Assembly: GCA_963732385.1 (NCBI GenBank)
Contig: CAVSZB010000003.1
Span: 32,001-96,000, forward strand
Length of the DNA: 64,000 nt
Direction of reading: 5' to 3'
DNA from: an uncultured bacterium
GTDB lineage: Bacteria > Krumholzibacteriota > Krumholzibacteriia > LZORAL124-64-63
Shown: piece by piece, positions 32,240-42,451 of the stretch
Position numbering within the stretch: the stretch's first letter is position 1
Layout: every line of letters starts with the position of its first letter
Notes under the pieces: generated by a model
What the model was told of the DNA's origin: nothing
Databases searched by the model: none
Seen by the model: only the letters and a program-made list of their open reading frames with translations
Program-made: the position numbers and the translations under genes

Positions 32240-34288
32240 CTACATCACCGCGGTCGGCGGCGCCGGCTCGTCCGGGTTGCCGGCTTTGCGCAGCGGCATG
32301 TTGATCAGGTACCAGCCCAGGAAGGCCAACACCGGCAGCGCCAGCCAGGGGGCCGCCGCGGCCATCGCCTTCACCTGCGGGAAGGTCTTGTCAGGGCGGA
32401 TCGCCACGACGGCCGCGATGACGAGACCCATCAGCGCCTCGCCGGCGATCAGGCCGGAGGCGGCCAGAACGCCGGCGTTGTCCACGCGCGCCTTCTGCGC
32501 CGGATTGTGGCCACGCTTCTCGCCCGCCTTGTCCACCATCCCCTTGATGACGCCGCCGATGAAGATGGCGAAGGTGGTACCGAGCGGCAGGTACATGCCG
32601 ACGGAGAACAGCATCGGGCTGCGGACCTTGATCAGGATCAGCGAGAGGCCCATCGCGATGCCGACGACGACGAGTGGCCAGGCCATCTCGCCGCCGACGA
32701 TCCCCTGCGACAGGGCCGCCATCAGGCCGGCCTGCGGCGCCGCGAGCACCTTGCCGCCGAAGCCGCCGGTGGCCGGGTTGCTGGCCAGGTCGGAGGTGTG
32801 CAGCAGGTAGAGCGGGAAGAACATCAGCAGTCCGGCCACGCAGACGCCCAGGATATCGCCCACCTGCATCTTCCACGGAGTACCGCCGAGGATGTGCCCC
32901 ACCTTGAGGTCCTGGAGCATCTCACCCGCCACGGCCGACGACACGCAGACGACGGCGGCGACGCCGAGCACCGCGGCCACGCCGGCGGTTCCCTTGACGC
33001 CGATGATCACCATCGTCAGGGCGGCCACAATGGTGGTGGCCAGGGTGAGGCCGGAGATCGGGTTGTTCGAGGAGCCGATCATGCCGACCAGATTTCCCGA
33101 GACGGCGGCGAAGAAGAAGCCGGTGATCAGCATGACTATGGCGGCCAGGATCGCGCCGCCGAGCACCTTCGTGAAGTAGAAGTAGAGGGCGACCATCAGC
33201 AGGAAGACCGCCGCGATGCCGACCAGCACGAACTTGAACTGGATGTCCTTGTCGGTGCGGCGGGTGGCCGCGGCCGCGGTGGCCGACTTGCGGACGTCGC
33301 TCACGCCGCGCTGGATTCCCAGCGCCAGGTTCTTGCGCATCTTGTAGAGCGTGTAGGTGGCGCCGACGAGCATGCCGCCCACCGCGATCGGGCGCACGAT
33401 GAAGCGGTAGAGGTGGCCCACCATCGAACCCCAGTCGGTGCCGCCGTCGGTTCCGACGTACTGCGGCGCGAGCTGCGGGCCGAGGAAGAAGATCAGCAGT
33501 GGCACGAACAGCCCCCAGGCGAGCAGCCCGCCCGCGAAGTTGAGCGCGCCAAGCTCCGGCCCGATGATGTAGCCGACGCCGAGGTAGGCCGGCGTGACAT
33601 CGGGAGCGGAGATGCTCGTCACGCCGCCGGCGTCGACCTTGCGCGCCGACGCGTCGAGCCCGAGCCGCACGAAGCTCTCGCGCACCTTGCCGACCGCAAG
33701 GGAGAACTGGTTCGCGGCGGCGAAGATGCCGGCGTCGCCCAGCAGCTTGATGAACGCGCCGATCCCCATCGCGCGGAACAGCTGGGCAGCCGCCTCGGTG
33801 CCGCGCTGTCCCGCCAGATGGATCTCGGAGGCCGCCACCGACTCGGGGAACGGCAGCCCCGGGTCCTCCACCATGACGCGCCGCAGCACCGTCACGAACA
33901 TGATGCCGAGAATGCCGCCCAGGATCATCAGCGCGGACGCGGTCAGGTACTCCTTGAGCATCGACTCCGGATTGAAATTCCAGATCCGCAGGATGACGAA
34001 CGCCGGGATGGTGAACGTCGCCCCAGCCGCCACCGACTCGCCGATCGAGCCGACGGTTCGGGCGAAGTTCTCCTCCAGCAGCGACCCCTTCATCAGCCGC
34101 AACACCGCCATGCCGATGACAGCCGCCGGGTAAGTGGCGGCAATCGTCATGCCGGCGCGCAGCCCCAGGTAGGCATTCGCCGCCCCCAGGATCACGCTCA
34201 TGATCAGGCCGAGCACGAGCGCGCGGACAGTGAACTCGCGCATCGTCGAGTCGGCCGAAACAACAGGCTGGAACGGCTTCTCGCTCAT
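32240..34288 (-). CDS. OPT-family oligopeptide transporter
   Basis: EFTVRALVLG, AANAYLGLRAG, LEENFART, LPFPE, GSSNNPISG, LQDLKVGHILGGTPWKMQ, APQAGLMA, ASGLIAGEALMG; start ATG 34288. Confidence 0.96.
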   Translation of the reverse strand: MSEKPFQPVVSADSTMREFTVRALVLGLIMSVILGAANAYLGLRAGMTIAATYPAAVIGMAVLRLMKGSLLEENFARTVGSIGESVAAGATFTIPAFVILRIWNFNPESMLKEYLTASALMILGGILGIMFVTVLRRVMVEDPGLPFPESVAASEIHLAGQRGTEAAAQLFRAMGIGAFIKLLGDAGIFAAANQFSLAVGKVRESFVRLGLDASARKVDAGGVTSISAPDVTPAYLGVGYIIGPELGALNFAGGLLAWGLFVPLLIFFLGPQLAPQYVGTDGGTDWGSMVGHLYRFIVRPIAVGGMLVGATYTLYKMRKNLALGIQRGVSDVRKSATAAAATRRTDKDIQFKFVLVGIAAVFLLMVALYFYFTKVLGGAILAAIVMLITGFFFAAVSGNLVGMIGSSNNPISGLTLATTIVAALTMVIIGVKGTAGVAAVLGVAAVVCVSSAVAGEMLQDLKVGHILGGTPWKMQVGDILGVCVAGLLMFFPLYLLHTSDLASNPATGGFGGKVLAAPQAGLMAALSQGIVGGEMAWPLVVVGIAMGLSLILIKVRSPMLFSVGMYLPLGTTFAIFIGGVIKGMVDKAGEKRGHNPAQKARVDNAGVLAASGLIAGEALMGLVIAAVVAIRPDKTFPQVKAMAAAAPWLALPVLAFLGWYLINMPLRKAGNPDEPAPPTAVM

Positions 34289-34453
34289 ACGGTCTCCTTC
34301 GGGTCGTGGGGGCGCGGGGCGCGCCGCGCCAGGGAAGCACAGTCGGCTGGACCGGCGGATGATTTTACGGTCCGGGAGAAGGCCCGGCAACCCAAATCGT
34401 CGCACGGAGTTGACGTGCGGCCCCTGCGACGATGATCGATCCAAAGGCGGTGG

Positions 34454-34650
34454 TTGACCCGCGAGCCCCGCCTGCTCGAGCGCATCCGCTCCGCGATCCC
34501 GGTCCGCCGCGACGGTCAGCGTATCAACCCAAACACAAGCGCTGAGCGCATTTCTGTTCTTCTGCCAGCAGGTGCTCGGCCTGAACATCGGGCGGGCTGG
34601 CGAACTCGCCCGCGCAAAGCTCCCCGAGCGCCCGCTGCCTGTTTACGCCG
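34454..34650 (+). pseudogene. intI: Decayed integron integrase (IntI) N-terminal remnant
   Basis: One frame reads TREPRLLERIRSAIPVRR. A second frame from 34515 reads VSVSTQTQALSAFLFFCQQVLGLNIGRAGELARAKLPERPLPV. These resemble the IntI blocks PRLLDQVR..IR.RHYS and VSASTQNQALSALLFLY..VL...RAK.P.RLPV; no catalytic domain follows. Confidence 0.75.
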
Positions 34651-34829
34651 CTCCCTCCGCGTCGTATCATCTCGAATTCCCTGGGCGAAGGGACACCAAC
34701 AGGCACCCAATCCACCATTTACGGGATACACCCCCGGCCCCGAGCGGCAGATCCGAAAGGGCGATGGGGGATATGTAGCTCCAGATACTTAATTTTGAGC
34801 CTACTTGGAAAATCACGGGGAGTGGCGGC

Positions 34830-35513
34830 ATGTCCATAGAGTTCAACACAACCGCCCGTAGACTTGGGCTAATCTCGGCGGTTGCGACAGCTGTTCTGCT
34901 GGTCGCGTACGCAGTGACGCTGGCAGCCGGGCTGGCAGGGCTTGAATCACCGGATCAGCCGATAAGCGACCCGCTGTTCTCGATCCTCGAAATTCTTATC
35001 ATCGTCATGATGCCGGCGATGGTGGCGCTCATGGTGGCGATCCATGCCTGGGCGCCACAGCCGGTGAAGGTGCTTGGTCTGATCTCCATAGTATTTATGG
35101 GCCTGCTCGCAGGCCTGACCTGTAGCCTCCACTTTGTCCTATTGACCCTAAGCCGCCAGGCCATCTTCGTCGAAAATTCGTGGCTGCCCCTGTTTATGTC
35201 GTTCAAGTGGCCATCGGTCGCATATTCACTAGACATACTCGGCTGGGACATCTTCTTTGCGCTTTCGATGTTGTTCGCCGCCCCTGTCTTCAGCGGGAGC
35301 CGATTGGCCGTTTGGGTCCGTGTGACCATGATCGCCAGTGGAGTGCTCGCGCTAGCCGGTTTGATTGGCGTTGCTCTTGGGGATATGCAAGTGCGGAACA
35401 TCGGCATTCTGGGGTACGTGGGGGTGTTTCTGATCGTTTGTGTTTTGCTGGCGCGCCTCTTCTATCGGGCCACGCCAGGCGGCCTGGCAGGTGAAGCCAG
35501 GGTTGGACATTAA
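34830..35513 (+). CDS. Hypothetical multi-pass membrane protein (lower-GC patch)
   Basis: 227-aa ORF with about 6 hydrophobic helices, GGGAG RBS. Confidence 0.8.
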   Translation: MSIEFNTTARRLGLISAVATAVLLVAYAVTLAAGLAGLESPDQPISDPLFSILEILIIVMMPAMVALMVAIHAWAPQPVKVLGLISIVFMGLLAGLTCSLHFVLLTLSRQAIFVENSWLPLFMSFKWPSVAYSLDILGWDIFFALSMLFAAPVFSGSRLAVWVRVTMIASGVLALAGLIGVALGDMQVRNIGILGYVGVFLIVCVLLARLFYRATPGGLAGEARVGH

Positions 35514-35577
35514 GCAGGAAGTGTCCATGGTAGGAGTAGGGCGCGGGACGTCCAACAAGATATCACAGGGAGCAGCA

Positions 35578-36180
35578 TTGCGCAGAATCGCGCAAGCGGC
35601 AATTATTGCCATTGTGCTTGCGGCATCTGTTGCGCGAGCCCAGGTCATCAGTATCGAATACGACGTGAATACGCCCGCGTATACGGGGCCACAAGATTCG
35701 GACCACGAGCAGTATGCGACCGACCCGGGCGTTTCGCTGAGGATCGGGTGGCTGTCAAGGCGGTATGCCGCCAGCGAAAAGGGAAATCGCTGGAGCCTGT
35801 TTTTAGGACACCAGGCGCATGATACAATCTGGCAAACCAGCAACACGTACACAGCAAAGAACACGGCCACCACGATCGAGCTCGGACATGATTGGCGTAT
35901 CTACGCACGCGCACGGCTAATTATATCTGCGGGAGCCTCTGCCGGGCTGATCCTGGTATCCAGCAAGAGCATCTACTCGGGAGAATGTGACTCGCCATTT
36001 TGCAATCTGCCTGATGGCGGATGGCAGTTGTCCGGATACAGTAAGTGCGAGGTTCCCATCTCTTCGGAATTCGGCATGATGCTCGGTATTCGAGGACGTT
36101 TGATGGGCCCAGGTCGTGAGGAGGTGTTTCCGTTTGCGCCCGGCCCCATCTTCTCGATCGGCCTGCAGTTTGCACAGTGA
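35578..36180 (+). CDS. Hypothetical exported protein, possible small outer-membrane beta-barrel
   Basis: TTG start after GGGAG gives signal peptide MRRIAQAAIIAIVLAASVARA; alternating beta-strand pattern; C-terminal FSIGLQF. Confidence 0.6.
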   Translation: MRRIAQAAIIAIVLAASVARAQVISIEYDVNTPAYTGPQDSDHEQYATDPGVSLRIGWLSRRYAASEKGNRWSLFLGHQAHDTIWQTSNTYTAKNTATTIELGHDWRIYARARLIISAGASAGLILVSSKSIYSGECDSPFCNLPDGGWQLSGYSKCEVPISSEFGMMLGIRGRLMGPGREEVFPFAPGPIFSIGLQFAQ

Positions 36181-36229
36181 TGGTATTCGCCCGACACCTG
36201 CTCCTGCTGGGTGTAGGGCTTGGGCAGCA

Positions 36230-36595
36230 TTAAAGCCGATCAAATTTACTTTTGGTAATTTCCGATTTCACCTTTCCGGTGTGGGCAATTCCCGAAGGCT
36301 CGAACAACATCAGCCTTACGTGGCCTTGAGGAACGACCCGATGCTCCACGCCTCTCGGGACAATGTAGAACTCACCGGATCGGAGTACCGTTGTCTTTTC
36401 CCTTTCGAGAATGTCCAATATTCCATCCAATACGAGAAACATTTCATCCTCTTTGGCGTGGGCATGCCACGGCACCTTGTCACCCTCTACCCGGACGACC
36501 AAGACAAACTGTCCATTGAGTTCACCAACGATTTTGGGTGAATACGTATCGTTGAAGCGCTCGAAACATCTGTCGAGATTAACGACCTCCGACAT
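36230..36595 (-). CDS. Cupin domain protein
   Basis: WHAHAKEDEMFLVLDG, GEFYIVPRGVEH, LFEP...HTG; AGGAGG RBS. Confidence 0.92.
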   Translation of the reverse strand: MSEVVNLDRCFERFNDTYSPKIVGELNGQFVLVVRVEGDKVPWHAHAKEDEMFLVLDGILDILEREKTTVLRSGEFYIVPRGVEHRVVPQGHVRLMLFEPSGIAHTGKVKSEITKSKFDRL

Positions 36596-36769
36596 TGCTT
36601 CCTCCTGTTGCATTAATTCCTCTAAGCTGCGGTCCGGACTGGCGCGGGCGCCGGCCTGCGCCGTAAAGGGCCAGAGCGGACGGCTTCATCGGGCATCCGG
36701 GCCGGGCGCCTTTTCCGGCCGGCGCCCAGGGGCCTCGCGATATTCAATCGCTTTCGAATCACTGACGAC

Positions 36770-38968
36770 TCAGCGGGGCCGCGACAGGGTATCGACGGTG
36801 TCGCGACGGTCGCCGAGCAGGTGGTCGGCGAAGTACTCAAGGATCACGCTGTACAGGTAGCGCCAGTCGCCCAGGCCGTGGCCGGCGCCGGGGATGATCA
36901 GCATGTCGAAGCGCTTGCCCGCCCGGACGAAGGCGTCCGCCATCCGCATGGCGTGCAGGGGGTGGACGAATTCGTCCGCCTCGCCGTTGATCATCAGCAG
37001 GTGGCCCGCCAGCCGGTCGGCGAGCTCGGCGTTTCCCGGCGCGGGCCCGCATTCCCAGCGGGCCACGCCGTCCCGATCGACGGCCTGAGTCACGCCGGCG
37101 TAGCGCTCGGCCCAGACGTTGTAGTAGGCCGCCGGATCGTTCGGCGCGGTCATCGCCACGCCGACCTTGAAGAAGTCGGGGTGCTCGAGCATGGCGCTGA
37201 TCGTCATGTAGCCGCCGGACGAACCGCCGAAGATGCCGACCCGGTCCAGGTCGATCCACGGAAAGCGCGCGCCCAGCTGTTCGATGACTGCGCGCTTGTC
37301 GGCCAGGCCGTAGCCGCGGAAGTCGTCGCGGCCGTATTCGCGGTACTCGCGGGACCGCTCGAACGTCCCGCCCCGGTTGCCGAACCGGACGACCACGAGT
37401 CCCAGCTGCGCCAGGTAGCCCTCGCCGGTGACCGGGCTGAACGACCACGGCACGTACTCGCCCTGGCGGCCAGGGTAGACCCGGGTCACCAGGGGGTAGC
37501 GACGCGCGGGGTCGAAATCGAACGGCAGGTAGATCAGCCCCCACAGTTCGGTCTTCCCGTCGGCCGCCAGCGCCGTGAACGGGCGGGGCGGCCGGTACCC
37601 GGCGGCCTCGAGCGCGGCGGTGTCGGCCCGGCGCAGCTCGAGGAGCAGGCGGCCGTCGGCGTTGCGCAGCATCGACCGGTACGGCTGATCGGGCCGGGAC
37701 CAGTTGTCCACGAAACAGCGGTGATCGGGCGAGAAGGCGATCTCGTGGAAGCCATCCTCGGGGGTCAGCAGTCTGACGCCCCCGCCCGCCAGGCTGGCCC
37801 GGTACAGGAATTGGTAGTAGGGATTGATCCCCTTCTCCCGGCCAGCCCCCATGAAGTACACCAGGCCACGCTTCCGGTCCACGTCCACCACGTCCAGCGC
37901 GTTCCAGTCGCCGGTGCTCAGCGGACGCAGGGCGCCGCCCGGCTCCAGCCGGCACCAGTGTCCCCAGCCGGTACGCCGGGACCACCAGAGCAGCGACGTC
38001 CCCGCCTCGTTCAGCAGGACGGGGGGGCGGGTGTACACCTGATCATCCATCCGTTCCTCGACGAGGGTGCGCACCCGGCCGGTCGTCGCCTCGACGGCGC
38101 AAAGATCGACCATCCGGAAGTCGCGGCTGCGCCGCTCGAACAGCAGCGTCCGGCCATCCCCGCTCCAGCACAGGGTTTCGTGGAACATCGAAGTCAGGTC
38201 CTGGTCCGGCCAGCGCCCGGTCTCCAGCCGCAGCAGGGAGGGGTCGTCCACCGCGCAGATCCACAGCTCGTAGCGGGACACCGGCTCGCCGGGAAAGGGG
38301 TACTTGAGGGTTTTGAGAGTGGGCCGTGGCGTGGCCAGATGATCGATCCACCAGAGGTCGGCAACCTGCGAGTTGTCGCACCTGAGGAACGCGAATCGGC
38401 GGGAGTCGGGCGACCAGACAACCTCGGGCGCTCTCGGCACGTTGCTGTCGCCGGAGTGCACGACCGGATCGGTGCCGATCGTGTAGTCGCTGCGTCCGTC
38501 GGCGGTGAGGCGGGTTTCCCGCCCGGGATCCCCTGTCGCGACGAGGTACAGATCGTTGCCGCGGACATACACGGCCCGGGAGCCGTCCGGAGAGCGGCTC
38601 CAGTAATCAGGAACGCCGTCGGCGGGGGGCGCATCCGCCGGAGATTCGGCGGCCGGGGCGTCGATCGGCTGCTGGCGACCGCGGTGGGAATCCACCCGCC
38701 AGGACCGCGTGGAGTCCCCGGCTCCGACCGCGTAGCTGAACCCCGACCCGTCGGCGTCCCAGACCGGCTCGACCGTGAGGGTGCCCAGACGATCGGAGGT
38801 CTGGCCAGGATCCCAGCGAGCGGCGAGCTCCCAGTTCGCGCCGGTGACCGGCGCCGTAGCCTGGTCCCCACCTCCGATCGCCATGGGCGGGAGCGCCATG
38901 AACATGAGCGCCGCCATCCACCCGCAGATGGATTCCGATCTTCGCCGGCATGCCGCTATCCCGTTCAT
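36770..38968 (-). CDS. S9B dipeptidyl peptidase IV-family peptidase
   Basis: DPPIV N-terminal propeller (WSPDSRRFAF, KYPFPGE); triad GIFGGSSGG (Ser), GEADEFV (Asp), GAGHG (His). Confidence 0.93.
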   Translation of the reverse strand: MNGIAACRRRSESICGWMAALMFMALPPMAIGGGDQATAPVTGANWELAARWDPGQTSDRLGTLTVEPVWDADGSGFSYAVGAGDSTRSWRVDSHRGRQQPIDAPAAESPADAPPADGVPDYWSRSPDGSRAVYVRGNDLYLVATGDPGRETRLTADGRSDYTIGTDPVVHSGDSNVPRAPEVVWSPDSRRFAFLRCDNSQVADLWWIDHLATPRPTLKTLKYPFPGEPVSRYELWICAVDDPSLLRLETGRWPDQDLTSMFHETLCWSGDGRTLLFERRSRDFRMVDLCAVEATTGRVRTLVEERMDDQVYTRPPVLLNEAGTSLLWWSRRTGWGHWCRLEPGGALRPLSTGDWNALDVVDVDRKRGLVYFMGAGREKGINPYYQFLYRASLAGGGVRLLTPEDGFHEIAFSPDHRCFVDNWSRPDQPYRSMLRNADGRLLLELRRADTAALEAAGYRPPRPFTALAADGKTELWGLIYLPFDFDPARRYPLVTRVYPGRQGEYVPWSFSPVTGEGYLAQLGLVVVRFGNRGGTFERSREYREYGRDDFRGYGLADKRAVIEQLGARFPWIDLDRVGIFGGSSGGYMTISAMLEHPDFFKVGVAMTAPNDPAAYYNVWAERYAGVTQAVDRDGVARWECGPAPGNAELADRLAGHLLMINGEADEFVHPLHAMRMADAFVRAGKRFDMLIIPGAGHGLGDWRYLYSVILEYFADHLLGDRRDTVDTLSRPR

Positions 38969-39025
38969 TTCTTTTCATCATCCCGGGGAATTCCGTGAAT
39001 TGCCACAGACGCCACACCCAATGAA

Positions 39026-39388
39026 TCAGACCAGTGATGGGCGATCTATTGCGAGTAGCTGGCACCCTCTGATTGATCGTCTGCTGTGAATCCAGCGTGG
39101 AACTCCCCTTCGCTGGTATTCCGGCAATACCGACACAGGCCCCAGCCCGTACCAATTCTGGGAACCGTCGGAAATCGTCAGCGGAGAGAATGCAATATGT
39201 CCTATTACTCGCCCATCCACTTCTGCTACGAGCGAGACCGTGAGCGCCCTGGCAGCACGCAGTGCGGCAATAATGAATTGCTCCGTATGATTGCTGATTG
39301 CCAGAGTATTGAAAGCAGCGATCGTGACCTCGGCGATGGCGCTGACATCGGCGCTCGTTTCACTTCTGATCAGCACCTTGTTCATCAT
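39026..39388 (-). pseudogene. Truncated YhbS-like GNAT N-acetyltransferase
   Basis: IRSET..D..AI..VT.AAF...NHTEQFII.ALR...SLVAE..GRVIGHIAFSP...WYGLGPVSVLPEYQRRG; similarity then stops in acetyl-CoA motif A (~39100). Confidence 0.75.
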
Positions 39389-39421
39389 GCGACTGATTCC
39401 TCTTCTGCCTGGGGATCGCGA

Positions 39422-42166
39422 CTACGGTCGCGCTACGCGTCCCTCCACATCCACGGTGACCGGCTCCGAAATTCCCGCCGTCTTCAACTGCGGCAGCACC
39501 GTGGCGCGGTCGCCCACCAGCACGATCATCATGTCGTCCCACGTGAACAGGCCGCTGACCGCGAGGGCATTGACCTGCTCGGGGGTCACGATCGCCAGCG
39601 CGTCGATGTCGCGGCCCAGCGAATCGACCGGGCGGCCGTTGTTGGCGAAGTCGACCACCGCGGCGGTCAGCCCGCCCACGGTCTCTGCGTTTTCGACGAA
39701 GTTGCGGCGGGTGGTGCGGATTGACTTGGCGACTTCGGGGGCCTCCACGCCGCCGCCGGCCAGTTTCTGGAACTCGTTGCGGAACTCGGTCAGGGCGGCT
39801 CCGGTGACTGTTGTCTGGACCGAGGAAGAGGCGATGAAGGCGGTTCGGGAGCCGTCGTGGACGAAGGCGCTGCGGGCTCCATAGGTGTAACCGTTCTTCT
39901 CGCGCAGGTTCTGCATGAGGCGGCTGGTGAAGCTGCCGCCGAACAGGGTGTTGACGCAGGCGCGGGTGGCGCGGTCGGGGCCTTCGGCGGGGGGGACGGT
40001 GCGCAGCAGATAGATCACGGTCTGGGGGGCGCCGGGGCGATCCACCATCGCCACGCGGGTGGTGGCGGGGGCGGGGGGGGCGACGGGGGGCAGGGCGGCG
40101 CCGCCGCCGGAGCCTTTCCACTTGCCGAAGCGCCCGGACAGGGCCGCTTCGAGCTGGGCGCGCGTGCAGTCGCCGGCGAAGACGAAGCGGGCGCGCGACG
40201 GGTCGAGCAGGCGCGAGGCGGCGCTCTTCACGTCGGCCGGGGTGATCGCCTCGACCGTTGCCTCGTAGCCTTCGACGGGGCGGCCGCGGGGGTCGTCGCG
40301 ACCGTAGAGCAGGGCGCCGCCAGCGAGGCGGGCCACGGCGGCGGGCTCGTCGGAGCGGGCGGCGATGCGGGCCTTGAGCATTCCCTTTTCGCGGTTGAAG
40401 TCGGGGTCGGCAAGGTTGGGGTGCAGGATGGCGTCGGCGAACAGGTCGAGCGTCGGCTCGAGGCGCGAGACGAGACCGTGCACCGTAACCGAAGTGCTTT
40501 CGCGGCCCGGCTGGGCGGTGACGCGAGCGCCGAGCGCTTCGACGGCGGCGGCGTAACCGGTGGCGTCCTTGCCGGCGGCGCCGCAGGTGAGCAGGGTGGC
40601 AGTGAGTGCGCCGAGGCCCGCCTTGTCGGCCGGGAGGAGACGCTCTCCGCCTGACGCGAGCAGCGTACCGGCGAAGAGGCCCGAGCCGGGGCGGGGGAGG
40701 AAGTCGACGGCGATACCGTTGGGCAGCTTGAAGCTCTCCACCTCGGGAGCAGTGAACGGGCGCGGCGCGAACAGTTCCGGCTTCTGGTCGAGATTCGCGT
40801 CAGCAACGGCGGCGTCGACCGGCAGAACCCGCAGGTCGGCGCGACCGGGGCCGAAGACGGCGCGCACGGCGTCGCGCACGGCGGCCGGGGTGAGAGCGGT
40901 GTAGCGCGCGAGGTCCTGGGCGAAGCCGTCGGCGCGGCCGAAGTAGTGGTAGTAGTCGGTCATGGCGAGGGAGCGGCCGAGCACGCTCTGGGCGCGCTGA
41001 CGGAAGCCGGCCTCGAACTGCGCCTGCAGGCGGGCCAGCTCCTCGGTCGTGGGGCCGTCGCGCGCGAGGTCGGCGAGCACGGCTAGCGTCTCGCGCTTGA
41101 TCTCCTCGAGGTCGGCGCCGGGAGCCGCGGTGATCTCGATCTGGAAGAGTGAGCCGAGTTCGCGGTCGTCCACGTAGGCGGCCACCTCCTGCGCGAGCTG
41201 GCGGTCGAGCTTGAGTCGGCGGTCGAGGCGGGCCGACGGGCTTCCGGCCAGGATGCGTCCGGCGAAATCCATGGCAGCGCTTCCGTCGGCGTAGGCGGCC
41301 GGGGCGTGCCACGTCAGGTACAGCTTCGGGAACTCCACCTTGTCGGTGATGAGGCGGCGCACCTCGGCGCGCATCGTGTACGGCTCCACGACGGCGTGCT
41401 GCGGCACCGGCCGCGCCGGCACGGCGCCGAACGTCGCCTCGATCGCCGCGCGCGCCTGCGCCGGGTCGAAGTCTCCCGCCACGACGGTGATCGCGTTGGC
41501 CGGCACGTACCAGGTGTCGAAGAAGTCCTTCACGTCCTGCAGCGTGGCGGCCTGCAGATCCTCGTGCTTCCCGATGACCGCGTGGTAATAGGGATGTCCG
41601 GCGGGCCAGAGCATCTCCGGCAGGACCAGCTCGGCGGCGCCGTACGGCGCGTTCTCGTACGACTGGCGGCGCTCGTTGCGCACGACGCTGCGCTGCAGAT
41701 CGACCTTCTCCTGTGTCATGTTCTCGCCGAGCGCCTGGAGGCGGTCGGCGTCGAGCCAGAGCAGCGTGGGCAGCGTCTCGGCCGGTCCGAAGCTGTAATA
41801 TCCGGTGCGGTCGGTAGAGGTGAAAGCGTTGTTCTCCGCCCCCTCCGATTCCATGATCATGTCGAACTGGTTGCCGGGCACCCGCTTCGTGCCCATGAAC
41901 ATCAGGTGCTCGAAGAGGTGCGCGAAGCCGGTGCGCCCCGGCGCCTCGTCCTTCGCTCCCACGCCGAAGCGGGTGGCGATCACCGCGACCGGCAGCCGGT
42001 GGTCCTCCTGCAGGATGACCGTCAAGCCGTTGGGCAGGGTGAAGGTCGTGGTGGGGAAGGGGGTCGCGCCGGCGGGCGGAGCGGCCGGGGCGGCGCTGAC
42101 AGCGCTGACAGCGCTGGCGATCAGGATCATCGCCAGGGCGGCCGGAAGTCGGGCGGTACGGGACAA
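39422..42166 (-). CDS. M16 family (pitrilysin/PqqL-like) zinc peptidase, secreted
   Basis: Signal peptide, TLPNGL, GFAHLFEHLMFMGT (HxxEH), VVRNERRQ, SRLMQNLREKNGYTYGA; TTG start with GAGGAGG RBS. Confidence 0.95.
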   Translation of the reverse strand: MSRTARLPAALAMILIASAVSAVSAAPAAPPAGATPFPTTTFTLPNGLTVILQEDHRLPVAVIATRFGVGAKDEAPGRTGFAHLFEHLMFMGTKRVPGNQFDMIMESEGAENNAFTSTDRTGYYSFGPAETLPTLLWLDADRLQALGENMTQEKVDLQRSVVRNERRQSYENAPYGAAELVLPEMLWPAGHPYYHAVIGKHEDLQAATLQDVKDFFDTWYVPANAITVVAGDFDPAQARAAIEATFGAVPARPVPQHAVVEPYTMRAEVRRLITDKVEFPKLYLTWHAPAAYADGSAAMDFAGRILAGSPSARLDRRLKLDRQLAQEVAAYVDDRELGSLFQIEITAAPGADLEEIKRETLAVLADLARDGPTTEELARLQAQFEAGFRQRAQSVLGRSLAMTDYYHYFGRADGFAQDLARYTALTPAAVRDAVRAVFGPGRADLRVLPVDAAVADANLDQKPELFAPRPFTAPEVESFKLPNGIAVDFLPRPGSGLFAGTLLASGGERLLPADKAGLGALTATLLTCGAAGKDATGYAAAVEALGARVTAQPGRESTSVTVHGLVSRLEPTLDLFADAILHPNLADPDFNREKGMLKARIAARSDEPAAVARLAGGALLYGRDDPRGRPVEGYEATVEAITPADVKSAASRLLDPSRARFVFAGDCTRAQLEAALSGRFGKWKGSGGGAALPPVAPPAPATTRVAMVDRPGAPQTVIYLLRTVPPAEGPDRATRACVNTLFGGSFTSRLMQNLREKNGYTYGARSAFVHDGSRTAFIASSSVQTTVTGAALTEFRNEFQKLAGGGVEAPEVAKSIRTTRRNFVENAETVGGLTAAVVDFANNGRPVDSLGRDIDALAIVTPEQVNALAVSGLFTWDDMMIVLVGDRATVLPQLKTAGISEPVTVDVEGRVARP

Positions 42167-42451
42167 GTCGGGCCTCCTCGGGTGCGGTGGGGCGGTGGCA
42201 GGCGGCCCGCAGGCACGCCGGAGAACAAGATAGGCGCGATCCTACGGGAAAGTCAGCCTCGACGTTGCGTTGCCCGGGCTTCCCGGCCCACTGGTCGAGC
42301 CACGCCAAAAAAGGAGGCGGCCGACCCCTCGCTCGGGCCGGCCGCCTGGGTGCGCCCACTGTTGGGGGCTGGGGCGCTGGGACTGAGTGGAACCAACCGA
42401 CAGGAGGAGTCCATGAGAGATTCAAGCGCTCCATCTTCTACGAAGGAACGG

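Noticed and set aside
35495..35560. Complete attC site
   Set aside because: GTTGGAC precedes GTCCAAC (reverse of the order within an attC) and no L boxes or partner cores were found; kept only as weak context for the intI relic.
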